Origin: a virus
Taxonomy: Duplodnaviria; Caudoviricetes
DNA length: 25,855 nucleotides
IMG/VR virus record: IMGVR_UViG_3300048598_000462
Coordinates: 1-25,855 of that record
Reading direction: 5' to 3' (one strand)
How positions within the stretch are numbered: the first letter of the stretch is position 1; the number at the start of each line of letters is the position of its first letter. A program made the position numbers and the translations under genes. The notes under the pieces were generated by a model that was not told the origin of the DNA, did no database searches, and worked only from the letters and a program-made list of their open reading frames with translations. Positions 1-7,636 of the stretch are shown here, in pieces.

Positions 1-41
1 TCAAGGCTGAAACAGGGGTTCGATTCCCCTAGGGAGCGCCA
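1..41 (+). tRNA. 3' half of tRNA-Glu (5' part lies upstream of the window); integration target
   Basis: TCAAGGCTGAAACAGGGGTTCGATTCCCCTAGGGAGCGCCA contains the end of the anticodon arm, T-arm AGGGG-TTCGATT-CCCCT, acceptor 3' strand and CCA at 39-41. It resembles alphaproteobacterial tRNA-Glu. The anticodon (TTC or CTC) is cut by the window edge. Confidence 0.85.
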
Positions 42-1134
42 AGCTAGCCAGATTTGCCAATAGCTGCAACGTGTTAGAGTCAAGGTTGGCTATCGTTTTT
101 TGCGGAGTGTCTAACCGCGCAATCGCAGACTCGGCCAGTCGCGCTTGATCGACGGCGCGTGTGTATGTCTCGACCTCCTGCAGGTTCTTGTGTCCGGTGA
201 TGGCTTGGATTTGGTGGGGCGTACAGCCTGCCTCGGCGAGGCGACGGCACGCGGCATGACGCAATCCGTGCGGGCTTGAATCGGAAGGCAGGCCCGCTGC
301 GCGCGCAGCGTCACGCAACCAGTTCGTGAAGCCCTTGGCGCTTCGGTCCTTGCCCGTGATGGTGGCGAGGAAGGTTTTTCGGTCGCGTGGCACCAGATCG
401 ATGTGGTGCTGCAACTCGGCGTGGATCGGAATGCGCAGGTGCGTCTTGTGCTGTGACTTCACCGTAGTGATATGGATCGCGCCGTCCTTGATGTGCTTCC
501 ACCCGACGCGCACCACGTCTGAACGCCGTAGTCCGGTATAGAGCAATAGTTCAAGCGCAAGTCGGTACGTCGTACCTTCCTTCCATTTCGCGCGGTAGGC
601 CGTGATGTCGGCCTCGGTCCAACTGCGATAGCTCTTCTGATCGTACTTGACGCGCTTTGCCCGCTTGATCGGATTCTCGGCCGCAAGGCCCGCGCCAATG
701 GCGTATTCGAATACGCTGTTCAGGCGCTTTCGCAGGATGTTCGCGGCGGCGGGGGTCTTGGCCATCGAATCCATGATGGCATTGACGTGCCGCGTCTCAA
801 GGCTGGCGAGGGACTTCTCACCGTGCTCGTTGCGAAAATGCTCCAGAACGCGCCGGTAATTCATCTTGGATGAAGCCGACAGCCGCTTGTACTCGGCGCT
901 GGAATAATAGCCGGCGATGGCCGACGAGATGCTGCCCGCGGGATTGCGCGTGACAAGCACCTCGCGCGGCTGGTCGCTCACCACCGCGTTGTAGGCATCC
1001 CAAAACGCCTTGCTGCCGACAGGGCCGGGCAGCGCCATACGTTCCGTACCCGGCTTGCGCAGATAGATCCGCTCAATCCCGCGGCGATCAATGTACCTGT
1101 GAACCCACCGGGGTTTCTTCGTTTTGTCGCGCAT
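1..1134 (-). CDS. int: Tyrosine integrase (377 aa from ATG 1134); C-terminus runs through attL into the antisense of the tRNA
   Basis: Catalytic motifs YTGLRRSD (R), TVKS (K), HGLRH, TGH and ETY; N-terminal arm-binding-like region. The start at MRDKTKK is preferred over 1206. Confidence 0.93.
   Translation of the reverse strand: MRDKTKKPRWVHRYIDRRGIERIYLRKPGTERMALPGPVGSKAFWDAYNAVVSDQPREVLVTRNPAGSISSAIAGYYSSAEYKRLSASSKMNYRRVLEHFRNEHGEKSLASLETRHVNAIMDSMAKTPAAANILRKRLNSVFEYAIGAGLAAENPIKRAKRVKYDQKSYRSWTEADITAYRAKWKEGTTYRLALELLLYTGLRRSDVVRVGWKHIKDGAIHITTVKSQHKTHLRIPIHAELQHHIDLVPRDRKTFLATITGKDRSAKGFTNWLRDAARAAGLPSDSSPHGLRHAACRRLAEAGCTPHQIQAITGHKNLQEVETYTRAVDQARLAESAIARLDTPQKTIANLDSNTLQLLANLASLALPRGIEPLFQP
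27..42 (+). repeat. attL core, 16-bp direct repeat CCCTAGGGAGCGCCAA
   Basis: Identical to 19642..19657. It is the tRNA 3' end and lies within the 3' end of the integrase ORF. Confidence 0.9.
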
Positions 1135-1384
1135 TGAGGACACCGTCCCATGGATTGTGCGTTTGCGGCTCGGCCGGAATGTCGCCGAATAGCCGGTCAA
1201 GATCATGTCGATCCCAGATTACCACGCCAAGCATCTGCCGCGGTGGCGGAATGGCGCCCGCTTTGCGTTGAGCGTCGAAATGGCTGGGGCTGATTCCGAG
1301 ATACCTTGCCGCATCAACCCTACGCAGGCCGCGGGGGACAATGCCCCCGCGCGTATTGTCGTTGTGGTGTGTGAGGGAGGTCAT
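1088..1384 (-). CDS. xis: Excisionase / AlpA-like winged-HTH protein (98 aa)
   Basis: PRGLRRVDAARYLGISPSHFD...GAIPPP...VIWDRHDLDRLF; directly upstream of int; TGATG coupling to the upstream gene at 1384. Confidence 0.8.
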   Translation of the reverse strand: MTSLTHHNDNTRGGIVPRGLRRVDAARYLGISPSHFDAQRKAGAIPPPRQMLGVVIWDRHDLDRLFGDIPAEPQTHNPWDGVLNARQNEETPVGSQVH

Positions 1385-1983
1385 CAGTGCCCCCATACTG
1401 GCTGGCGAGAAGTACTAGGGACAACGCCATGCGCAGCCCTCATGAACTTTACGCCCTTCTTCAGCATTTGCTTTTGCCAAGCCCCTCGCCGCCAGTACGG
1501 CACACCGCGAAGTGACTCTGCCTCAGGCCAACATGTCTGCCAGTCTGTCACGGTCTCGCCGCTCTCTATGTCGAGGGCATCGACGATCCACTCCGGCTTG
1601 ATCCAGCCGAAATATACGTGCCACCTATCGGCCGCGTCGGTGCCGGACGTGCGGCGCGCCGACGATTTTAGGAATGCGATAGCTTGAGGTGTGACGTGAT
1701 CCGGTGCCCAATCGGCCCACCTCACTAGGCGTCCGTCGTCTGCGGGGACGTCAACGGTAAGACGGAAGCGTTGCTTGTCCAGAGCACTAGTGTCGATGCC
1801 GTGACCGCTAGGGTTCGGACTTGTAGTGAACCAGACACCGACAAGGCCAGCGGTACTAGTGGTGTCGAGCATGACATCACCGACCGTCAGGCCGTGCTTG
1901 GCGATACCGCGGAGGTATTCCCCAGCGGTGTAGTGGTAGAGCCGCACGCATGAAGGTGCAGGCATAGCAATATGTTCGGGCAT
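1384..1983 (-). CDS. Hypothetical protein with ADP-ribosyltransferase-like (H-Y-T / KptA-type) motifs
   Basis: LYHYT...I...GL...GVWFT and a late WHVYFGWIKPEWI segment resemble the ART-fold strand pattern; TGATG-coupled to xis. Confidence 0.55.
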   Translation of the reverse strand: MPEHIAMPAPSCVRLYHYTAGEYLRGIAKHGLTVGDVMLDTTSTAGLVGVWFTTSPNPSGHGIDTSALDKQRFRLTVDVPADDGRLVRWADWAPDHVTPQAIAFLKSSARRTSGTDAADRWHVYFGWIKPEWIVDALDIESGETVTDWQTCWPEAESLRGVPYWRRGAWQKQMLKKGVKFMRAAHGVVPSTSRQPVWGH

Positions 1984-2051
1984 GGGCGCGCCTCGCTAGA
2001 ATTGAATCCAGGTTGATTGCCCCCGTTAAGGCACGGGCGGCGCGCCACCAC

Positions 2052-2082
2052 TATATATACCGGATAACGCACCAAAGTCAAG
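2052..2082 (-). promoter_or_regulatory. Putative sigma70 promoter for the ART-like gene, xis and int
   Basis: Minus strand CTTGAC-N17-TATATA, close to the rhizobial CTTGAC-N17-CTATAT consensus, about 70 nt upstream of ATG 1983. Confidence 0.55.
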
Positions 2083-2090
2083 ATGTAGTA

Positions 2091-2432
2091 TCAGACTGCC
2101 GGCTGTTGCCACTCGATTCCCCGTTTAAGTACGGGGCCGAGCGCATCCCGAAGCCGCAGCGAGTCCGCGATCTCCATCCATGGCCCATAAAGGGACGTGA
2201 GTGCGCCGACCACATCAGGCGTCGGTCCCGCGTGCGCCAACTGCTGAGTAATGGTGAGTATCTGGGCAGTAAGTCCGCCCTGGACTTCATCAATCCACTT
2301 CTTAGCTTCGGTGCGGCGGAATCTCGGCTGGCAACTGAAGGCAGCGATAATGTTGTCGAGGGTCTGTAGGACGTCGTTAATCGCAAGAAGGTCGTCAGTA
2401 TCGTAAGCGTACTCGTGCGGTTGATACGTCAT
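2091..2432 (-). CDS. Hypothetical protein (113 aa)
   Basis: ATGA-coupled to the upstream ORF; plausible helical protein; no motif recognised. Confidence 0.65.
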   Translation of the reverse strand: MTYQPHEYAYDTDDLLAINDVLQTLDNIIAAFSCQPRFRRTEAKKWIDEVQGGLTAQILTITQQLAHAGPTPDVVGALTSLYGPWMEIADSLRLRDALGPVLKRGIEWQQPAV

Positions 2433-2740
2433 GCTGCACCCCCAAGACGCTGATGGTCTGCACGCAGGCCGGCGCGCATGGCGTCGGCAAATTCATCGCA
2501 AGGGCCAACGTCGACATAGTCCCGAATGAAGAACAGGGCCTTGGCAGCAATCTCCTGCGCTGTGCGGGCGGGAGCCTTGGCAATGTCGAAGCGAACGGCG
2601 CCGGCCGTCAGGCAGATCTGGTCGATTGTGGCGCCCGAGAATGCGCCGACGTCGACGAACTCAGTGAGTCGATTATGGAGAGAGATGAGGTCGGAAACAG
2701 ATTCGGGTGGTGATTCTGTGATATTGATTTGGGTAGCCAT
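2429..2740 (-). CDS. Hypothetical prophage protein (103 aa)
   Basis: Good SD (TAGGAG) before ATG; PARTAQEIAAKA segment of a kind common in small alphaproteobacterial prophage proteins. Confidence 0.7.
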   Translation of the reverse strand: MATQINITESPPESVSDLISLHNRLTEFVDVGAFSGATIDQICLTAGAVRFDIAKAPARTAQEIAAKALFFIRDYVDVGPCDEFADAMRAGLRADHQRLGGAA

Positions 2741-2810
2741 CGATCGCTCCTAAACAGCGTTTGTGGTTAGGGCCGGTGCGAAAGTGGAGGCTTTTGCCCG
2801 GCCTGATTAT

Positions 2811-2856
2811 TTGTTACACCGGAATCATGGCTAAGTCAATATCGGTGACACCGAAA
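2811..2856 (-). promoter_or_regulatory. Putative leftward promoter overlapped by operator-like repeats
   Basis: Minus strand TTGACT(2839-2834)-N17-TAACAA. Repeats TTACACCGGAA (2814-2824) and TGACACCGAAA (2846-2856). Palindrome TCGGTG-A-CACCGA (2842-2854). Confidence 0.5.
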
Positions 2857-3018
2857 AAGAAGAGGGGCCGCCCCGCAACCGGGCGAGACCCTCACGTGAC
2901 TGCGCGTCTGCCGCAGGAATTGATAGACGCTATCGAGATATGGGCAGAGCGGAACGATGTTAGTCGGTCTGGCGCTATCCGTTTACTTATCGAGGCTGGA
3001 TTGAAGGGAAAGAAGTGA
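2827..3018 (+). CDS. Ribbon-helix-helix (CopG/Arc-like) regulator, 63 aa
   Basis: KKRGRPATG followed by VTARLPQELIDAIEIWAERNDVSRSGAIRLLIEAGL (beta-alpha-alpha pattern). Confidence 0.8.
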   Translation: MAKSISVTPKKKRGRPATGRDPHVTARLPQELIDAIEIWAERNDVSRSGAIRLLIEAGLKGKK

Positions 3019-3299
3019 TGCGAGGCACAGCAACCATCATCGTAAACGGCGTTGAAAAGGGCGAAGCAGAATTCACGACGGTCGGCTTGGAGAACATGAG
3101 ACGAGGCCAGCCCAGCGGCGAACTGTACTGCAAACCACAATGGTTCATCAAAGATGGCGGCTTTGGCCTTCATGATGCAGCGCAGCTTAAACTTGCATCG
3201 GGTGAGACCGTGAATATCACCGTCATGCCATCGTTCGAGTCTCCGCTGCCATTCTCGTTTGCCGATCAGAACATTCCTCCCGCCCTGCTTAAAGTCTAA
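3015..3299 (+). CDS. Hypothetical protein (about 94 aa, beta-rich)
   Basis: Start overlaps the RHH stop (GTGATG); no motif recognised. Confidence 0.6.
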   Translation: MMRGTATIIVNGVEKGEAEFTTVGLENMRRGQPSGELYCKPQWFIKDGGFGLHDAAQLKLASGETVNITVMPSFESPLPFSFADQNIPPALLKV

Positions 3300-3362
3300 T
3301 CCCCTCCCTCCCGCCCGCCGCTATAATCCCCGCGGGCCAACTGGAAGGGAGAGGAAACCAAA

Positions 3363-3575
3363 ATGAGTGCTTTTAACAGTCCACAATTCGCGACTCACGG
3401 CAATCCGGATGGGAGCCAGAATGTAACTGTTTCTTTCAAGAGTTCTGGTGGATACCCTAACGTAAACGTATCATTCAAAGACCATTCCGCACCAAACGAA
3501 ACCAACGCAGCGGAGCAATCTCGATGGCGCGCAAAAGCAAAAGAACTTCTAACTCAGGCCGCTGCTGCCTGTTGA
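3363..3575 (+). CDS. Hypothetical accessory protein (70 aa, AT-richer than the structural genes)
   Basis: Strong SD GGGAGAGG and a TATAAT at 3322-3327 upstream. Confidence 0.6.
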   Translation: MSAFNSPQFATHGNPDGSQNVTVSFKSSGGYPNVNVSFKDHSAPNETNAAEQSRWRAKAKELLTQAAAAC

Positions 3576-3706
3576 TCTGGTTTATCTTTTAGCTTTTCCT
3601 CTAAAAAAGAAACCCGATATCCAAGGACATCTTCTACGGCGAATACAGCGCTGGACAGGCGGGCCACCTCCTGCTCCAGCGCCTCAATGCGCTCCTCTAC
3701 CGTCAT
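3554..3706 (-). CDS. Small coiled-coil protein (50 aa), last gene of the structural operon; not in the ORF track
   Basis: Translated by hand: MTVEERIEALEQEVARLSSAVFAVEDVLGYRVSFLEEKLKDKPDQQAAAA*. SD GAGGA upstream. Confidence 0.6.
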   Translation of the reverse strand: MTVEERIEALEQEVARLSSAVFAVEDVLGYRVSFLEEKLKDKPDQQAAAA

Positions 3707-3716
3707 CACTCATTCC

Positions 3717-4070
3717 TCACTGTTGAAACACCGCATCGAACAACGCCGGACTCATCGGACGCGCGCTCACCTTATCGCCGTTCTTCGGTCCAGCGGCCAG
3801 CGTCAGGTACTCACGATCCAGCGCGCGAATGATGTCAGCCTCCCAAGGCCGGATGGCCTCACCGCTGATGCGCGCCAGCGCGAGCATGTCGGTGTATGTA
3901 ATGGGGCAGGGGCCGAACGACGCGCCGCGCTGGTCGTTTAGCTTCAGAAACAATCCCCATACGCGAAGGCCGGCATAGGGAATCTCTGGACCGTCAAGAC
4001 GGCCTGGATTTCCGATGTGCCAGCGCAGAACGGATAGAAGATCCTCGGTCAGAACTTCTGTGTCAATCAT
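3717..4070 (-). CDS. Tail assembly chaperone-like protein (gpT-type C-terminal part), 117 aa
   Basis: WGLFLKLNDQR...PCPITYTDMLA...PWEADIIRALDREYL resembles the second ORF of siphovirus G/GT chaperone pairs; TAATG coupling at 4070. Confidence 0.6.
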   Translation of the reverse strand: MIDTEVLTEDLLSVLRWHIGNPGRLDGPEIPYAGLRVWGLFLKLNDQRGASFGPCPITYTDMLALARISGEAIRPWEADIIRALDREYLTLAAGPKNGDKVSARPMSPALFDAVFQQ

Positions 4071-4663
4071 TAGACCTGGCCTGCCTTGAAGCTGATGGTT
4101 GTGTACAGTCCCGAAATCCGCTGCGTGATGGATTGCGGCATGAGCGCCATGCGGCACGACGGCTTCTTAAGCGTCACTGGTTCGCCTTCCGTTGTGCCGG
4201 GCCAAGGTGGTGGTCGCACCGCAAACTCGCCCGTCTCGCCGTCGCTGTCGGCTGTAGCCGCCTCGACAACTTGGTGCAGGACGCGGCGGCCTTGCACCTC
4301 CAACGACAAGTAATCACCCGGAGATAGCTGAAATCCGTTGGGCAAGTTCGCCAGCGCCATCTTCGTGCCGCTCGCCGACAACACCTCGGCTTCGTCGTCG
4401 AAATCGCCATCGGCATGCGCGCGCGGGTAGGGACGCCGCAAGTCGTACGCTTCAAATTCGCCGATCACACCGTTAAGGGCGTTCAGGCTGGCCTCAAACG
4501 CAAGGGCGTCGTCCGCGTTCATGGGCGCCGTGGTGTATTCCGCGGACCATAGGGCGGGGCCGAAGTCCTTGCCGTAAGTTGTGCCGCTGGCTGTGCGCGA
4601 CAGCTCCTGGCGCGAGATCAATTGGAAAACCTGATCCGCGTATCTGACTGAATCAAAGATCAA
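4070..4663 (-). CDS. Distal tail (Dit)-like minor tail protein
   Basis: Directly after the tape measure; 197 aa; SRTASG...GPALWSAEY...L.G....F..YD.RRPYP pattern typical of post-TMP proteins. Confidence 0.65.
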   Translation of the reverse strand: MIFDSVRYADQVFQLISRQELSRTASGTTYGKDFGPALWSAEYTTAPMNADDALAFEASLNALNGVIGEFEAYDLRRPYPRAHADGDFDDEAEVLSASGTKMALANLPNGFQLSPGDYLSLEVQGRRVLHQVVEAATADSDGETGEFAVRPPPWPGTTEGEPVTLKKPSCRMALMPQSITQRISGLYTTISFKAGQV

Positions 4664-6855
4664 GCTAACTGCCTCCTCTGTTTTGCATTCCGCACCGCTG
4701 CAACCACCTTGCTATTGAACTCCGCATCGCGCTTCGCGAGTTCGGCGCGCATCGTGTTGACGGTGGAGTCGTCGGCATTGCCGTTGATATTGATCGTTGT
4801 GGATCCGCCTGTGATGCTTATCGGCGAACAGCCCATAGGAACCGGAACGGAAAGCGCCGCGCCCGCGCGCATGGCTTCCACGGCGCCAACGCCGCCGGCG
4901 CGCTTAACGTCGGCTTGGCTCCAAACGACCTCGCCTTTGTGAACCACACCGGCCGGTTGATTTTTGCTGCCTGGCCCGGTGTATCCGCCTTCGTCGAAGC
5001 CGAACAGCTTGCCGATACCGCCGAGCAAGCCACCGCCTAGCCCACCGCCAGCGCTCGAGAACGCTGAATCCCACAGCTTGTTGGCCGCCATTTCCATCAG
5101 CTTGTCGGCAATCTTACCGAGAGCGTTTACGCCGGCTTGCTTGAAGGCGTCCCATGCCGACATGCCGTTGCGCAGGTTCTGGCCGAACTCGACAAACAGG
5201 CCGCGGTTGACGTCGCGTCCAATGTTGCCCAGCTCGCGCATGCCATTCGCGGCACGCATGCCCGCGGCTTCAACGCTCGATAGGGCAGTGGCAACATCGG
5301 GATAGATGCCCCTCAGTTGCGAGGCAATGGCAACGTCTTCCTGCGAAAGGAAGGCCGTCTGCTTATCGAACTTGATCTGCGCGGCAACCTTGGCCTTTTC
5401 CATTGCAACGGCGGCGCCGCCATACGCTGCGGCAACTTCGTCGATCACCTTGCGCTGTTCGGCTGTGACAACGTTTTCGCCAAGGCCCGCGGCCGCGTTC
5501 GCCTGCTTAGCAACTGTCTCCAGCTGCGCCGCGATCTTCGCCTTGTCGCGCGCCTCGGTACCGAGATCGATTGCCGCAGCCTCGGCCTGCAATGCCGCGG
5601 TGCGCTTCTCAATCGTGCCGACATTCGTGTCGAAGCGATCGACGTCGGATCCGCCGGTTGGCTTTGGCGTCGGCCTATCGCCCGTGCCAGTCTGCGCCGG
5701 CATCTTCGGATAGTTGTTGGGCTGGCGTTCCAGGTCATCAATCTGCCCTTGGATTTCATCGCGTTTCTTGCGATTCATTTCCGCGGTAATGACGTCGGAC
5801 GGAACGCGCAAACCCGTGTCAATTCCAAACACGCTGATCTTGTTGCCGTTCTTGATCGCGTCGTCGAGTTCGTCCCGCTGCGTCTTCAAGCGAGACGCCT
5901 GATTCCCGAGAATACCGAACTTGTTGGCAAGCTCGACGGCCTGCGCGATGTATCCGACGATCTCGCCCCAAAGATTTTTGATATTCAGAATGACGCTGGA
6001 GAGGTCATCGAATGACGGTTTCAACGAGCGGGATAGCCGCTCCTCTGACGTCTTAAGCTGGTCGTCGACCTCTTTCGCGCGGGCGACGAGGGCGGACGAA
6101 TAGATTCCATCGTCCGAATTCGCCATCTGCTGCATGGTCGACAGGATGGCTTCCGCGGACGTGCGGCCCTGCCGAATGCGATCGACGAATGCCGAGCCAA
6201 ACATGCGCTCGCCCAGATCCAGTGCAGCCGCCCGCTGCCCGATCTGCTCGAGCTGCACCATCGCCTTGAGGACAGCCTGAACTTTAGCTTCCTGCGAGTC
6301 GGCCTCACGGAACAGCACCAGGCCTTCAAGCTGCTGACCAGAGCTACGCGCCAGAGTCTCGTTGTAAATGCGAAGCGCGCGCTCGACGTCTGTAATGCGG
6401 TCCTTTCCGGTGTCCCACGCGGCAAGATCGATCGGCGACTTGTCTTTCGTCGCGTTGAAGGCATGCTGTAACGCACCTTCCAGGTCGCCGACGTCGACCT
6501 GTAGCTTGCGGGCCTCCGCGCTGAAGGACTGGAAGAAGCCAGCTGACACGCCGACGTTCTGGGATTTGTTCTGTAGCTCGACCATATCGGAAAGCTGATC
6601 CCGCGCAGCACCGATAGCATCGCCCATGAGCTTCGCCGCGCCGACGACAAGAGCGATACGGCCGGCAAGTTTTAACGCGCCTGATGCGGCACCACTGAAT
6701 GCAGCGGTTGCGGCGCTTCCAGCCAGCTCCTTATTCACGTCGAGAAAGTGTTGCGCAACCTTACGCGCCGCCGTCTTCGCAAGCGACGACGTTTCGTTCA
6801 TCTGCTTCCTAAAGTCGTCAAGATTGGCGCCGATGCGCCAGGATAGTGCCGGCAT
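4660..6855 (-). CDS. Tail tape measure protein (731 aa)
   Basis: Long Ala/Gln-rich helical protein with the lambda-like C-terminal motif FDEGGYTGPGSKNQPAGVVHKGEVV. Confidence 0.9.
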   Translation of the reverse strand: MPALSWRIGANLDDFRKQMNETSSLAKTAARKVAQHFLDVNKELAGSAATAAFSGAASGALKLAGRIALVVGAAKLMGDAIGAARDQLSDMVELQNKSQNVGVSAGFFQSFSAEARKLQVDVGDLEGALQHAFNATKDKSPIDLAAWDTGKDRITDVERALRIYNETLARSSGQQLEGLVLFREADSQEAKVQAVLKAMVQLEQIGQRAAALDLGERMFGSAFVDRIRQGRTSAEAILSTMQQMANSDDGIYSSALVARAKEVDDQLKTSEERLSRSLKPSFDDLSSVILNIKNLWGEIVGYIAQAVELANKFGILGNQASRLKTQRDELDDAIKNGNKISVFGIDTGLRVPSDVITAEMNRKKRDEIQGQIDDLERQPNNYPKMPAQTGTGDRPTPKPTGGSDVDRFDTNVGTIEKRTAALQAEAAAIDLGTEARDKAKIAAQLETVAKQANAAAGLGENVVTAEQRKVIDEVAAAYGGAAVAMEKAKVAAQIKFDKQTAFLSQEDVAIASQLRGIYPDVATALSSVEAAGMRAANGMRELGNIGRDVNRGLFVEFGQNLRNGMSAWDAFKQAGVNALGKIADKLMEMAANKLWDSAFSSAGGGLGGGLLGGIGKLFGFDEGGYTGPGSKNQPAGVVHKGEVVWSQADVKRAGGVGAVEAMRAGAALSVPVPMGCSPISITGGSTTININGNADDSTVNTMRAELAKRDAEFNSKVVAAVRNAKQRRQLA

Positions 6856-7181
6856 CAGGCCGCGTCCTCATCATCGAAGAAATATGTCGACAGCACAGCG
6901 AACGCGGTATTCGCGCTCGGTCCCATAGCTTGGCCGTGGACATGCTCGGCAATCACTGCGTCGGCTTCCGCCTCCGTCATTCCGCCACCGATCAAGCCCA
7001 GCTTCAGGACGCGCTCGACGTCATCCGGCGAAAACACGGACTCGTCAAATCGCTTCATTGCAGCGGCAGGCGTGCTGCCATACTGGCCCGGAAACGGGTG
7101 CTGGGCTTCCGCCAAGAGCCATCGAATGCGAGGGGCGCGCAGATCGAAGTTATGAGTTCCGCCAGTCCATGTAATGTTCAT
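6855..7181 (-). CDS. Tail assembly chaperone, GTA-gp10-like
   Basis: ITWTGGTHNFDL...DDVERVLKLGLIGGGMTEAEA is the pattern of GTA-gp10-type chaperones; immediately before the TMP. Confidence 0.75.
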   Translation of the reverse strand: MNITWTGGTHNFDLRAPRIRWLLAEAQHPFPGQYGSTPAAAMKRFDESVFSPDDVERVLKLGLIGGGMTEAEADAVIAEHVHGQAMGPSANTAFAVLSTYFFDDEDAA

Positions 7182-7636
7182 TCTGAAAGTGCCTTCTCGA
7201 CTGCCGCCGCAATGTTGGCGTTGATTTCGTCTTCCATCGCGCGCACCGTTGGATAAAAGAACGGCTCGGCCGGATGGTCTGTCGCGCCAAATTCAATGGC
7301 CATGCTGTAATCGTAGGAAACGCCGGCGCCATCAGCCTGTTTGGCAATGCCTTGGTTGCTGCGCCCGTCGATAACGACTTCGCGCTCATAGCCCGTATCG
7401 CGGTCATAGAACTTCGTCGTCGCCGCGCCGCCCGCCTCGACATAAAGCGTGAGATCATTTCGCGTACGGCGCACCCTGACGGAATCGCGGAGCGCGCCCG
7501 TCTTCACTGGGGCGGCGGCCTTTACCGCATTGGCCAGCCTGTCAGCCTCGGCGTGGATGGCAGTAGCCAATTTCCGCTTCACCCTAAATTCTAAGTCCGC
7601 GATCTGCCGGTCTATTTCGTCGTCAGAGCCAGCCAT
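7178..7636 (-). CDS. HK97 gp10-like neck/tail component (152 aa from ATG 7636)
   Basis: APVKTGALRDSV...IEFGATDHPAEPFFYP motif. Confidence 0.85.
   Translation of the reverse strand: MAGSDDEIDRQIADLEFRVKRKLATAIHAEADRLANAVKAAAPVKTGALRDSVRVRRTRNDLTLYVEAGGAATTKFYDRDTGYEREVVIDGRSNQGIAKQADGAGVSYDYSMAIEFGATDHPAEPFFYPTVRAMEDEINANIAAAVEKALSE

Noticed and set aside
2844-2850. GGTGACA iteron half-site in the RHH operator
   Set aside because: The 7-mer also appears at several unrelated positions, consistent with chance.
6855-7181. Programmed G/GT frameshift before the tape measure
   Set aside because: The chaperone stop overlaps the TMP start (TGATG), with no intervening ORF and no clear slippery heptamer seen.
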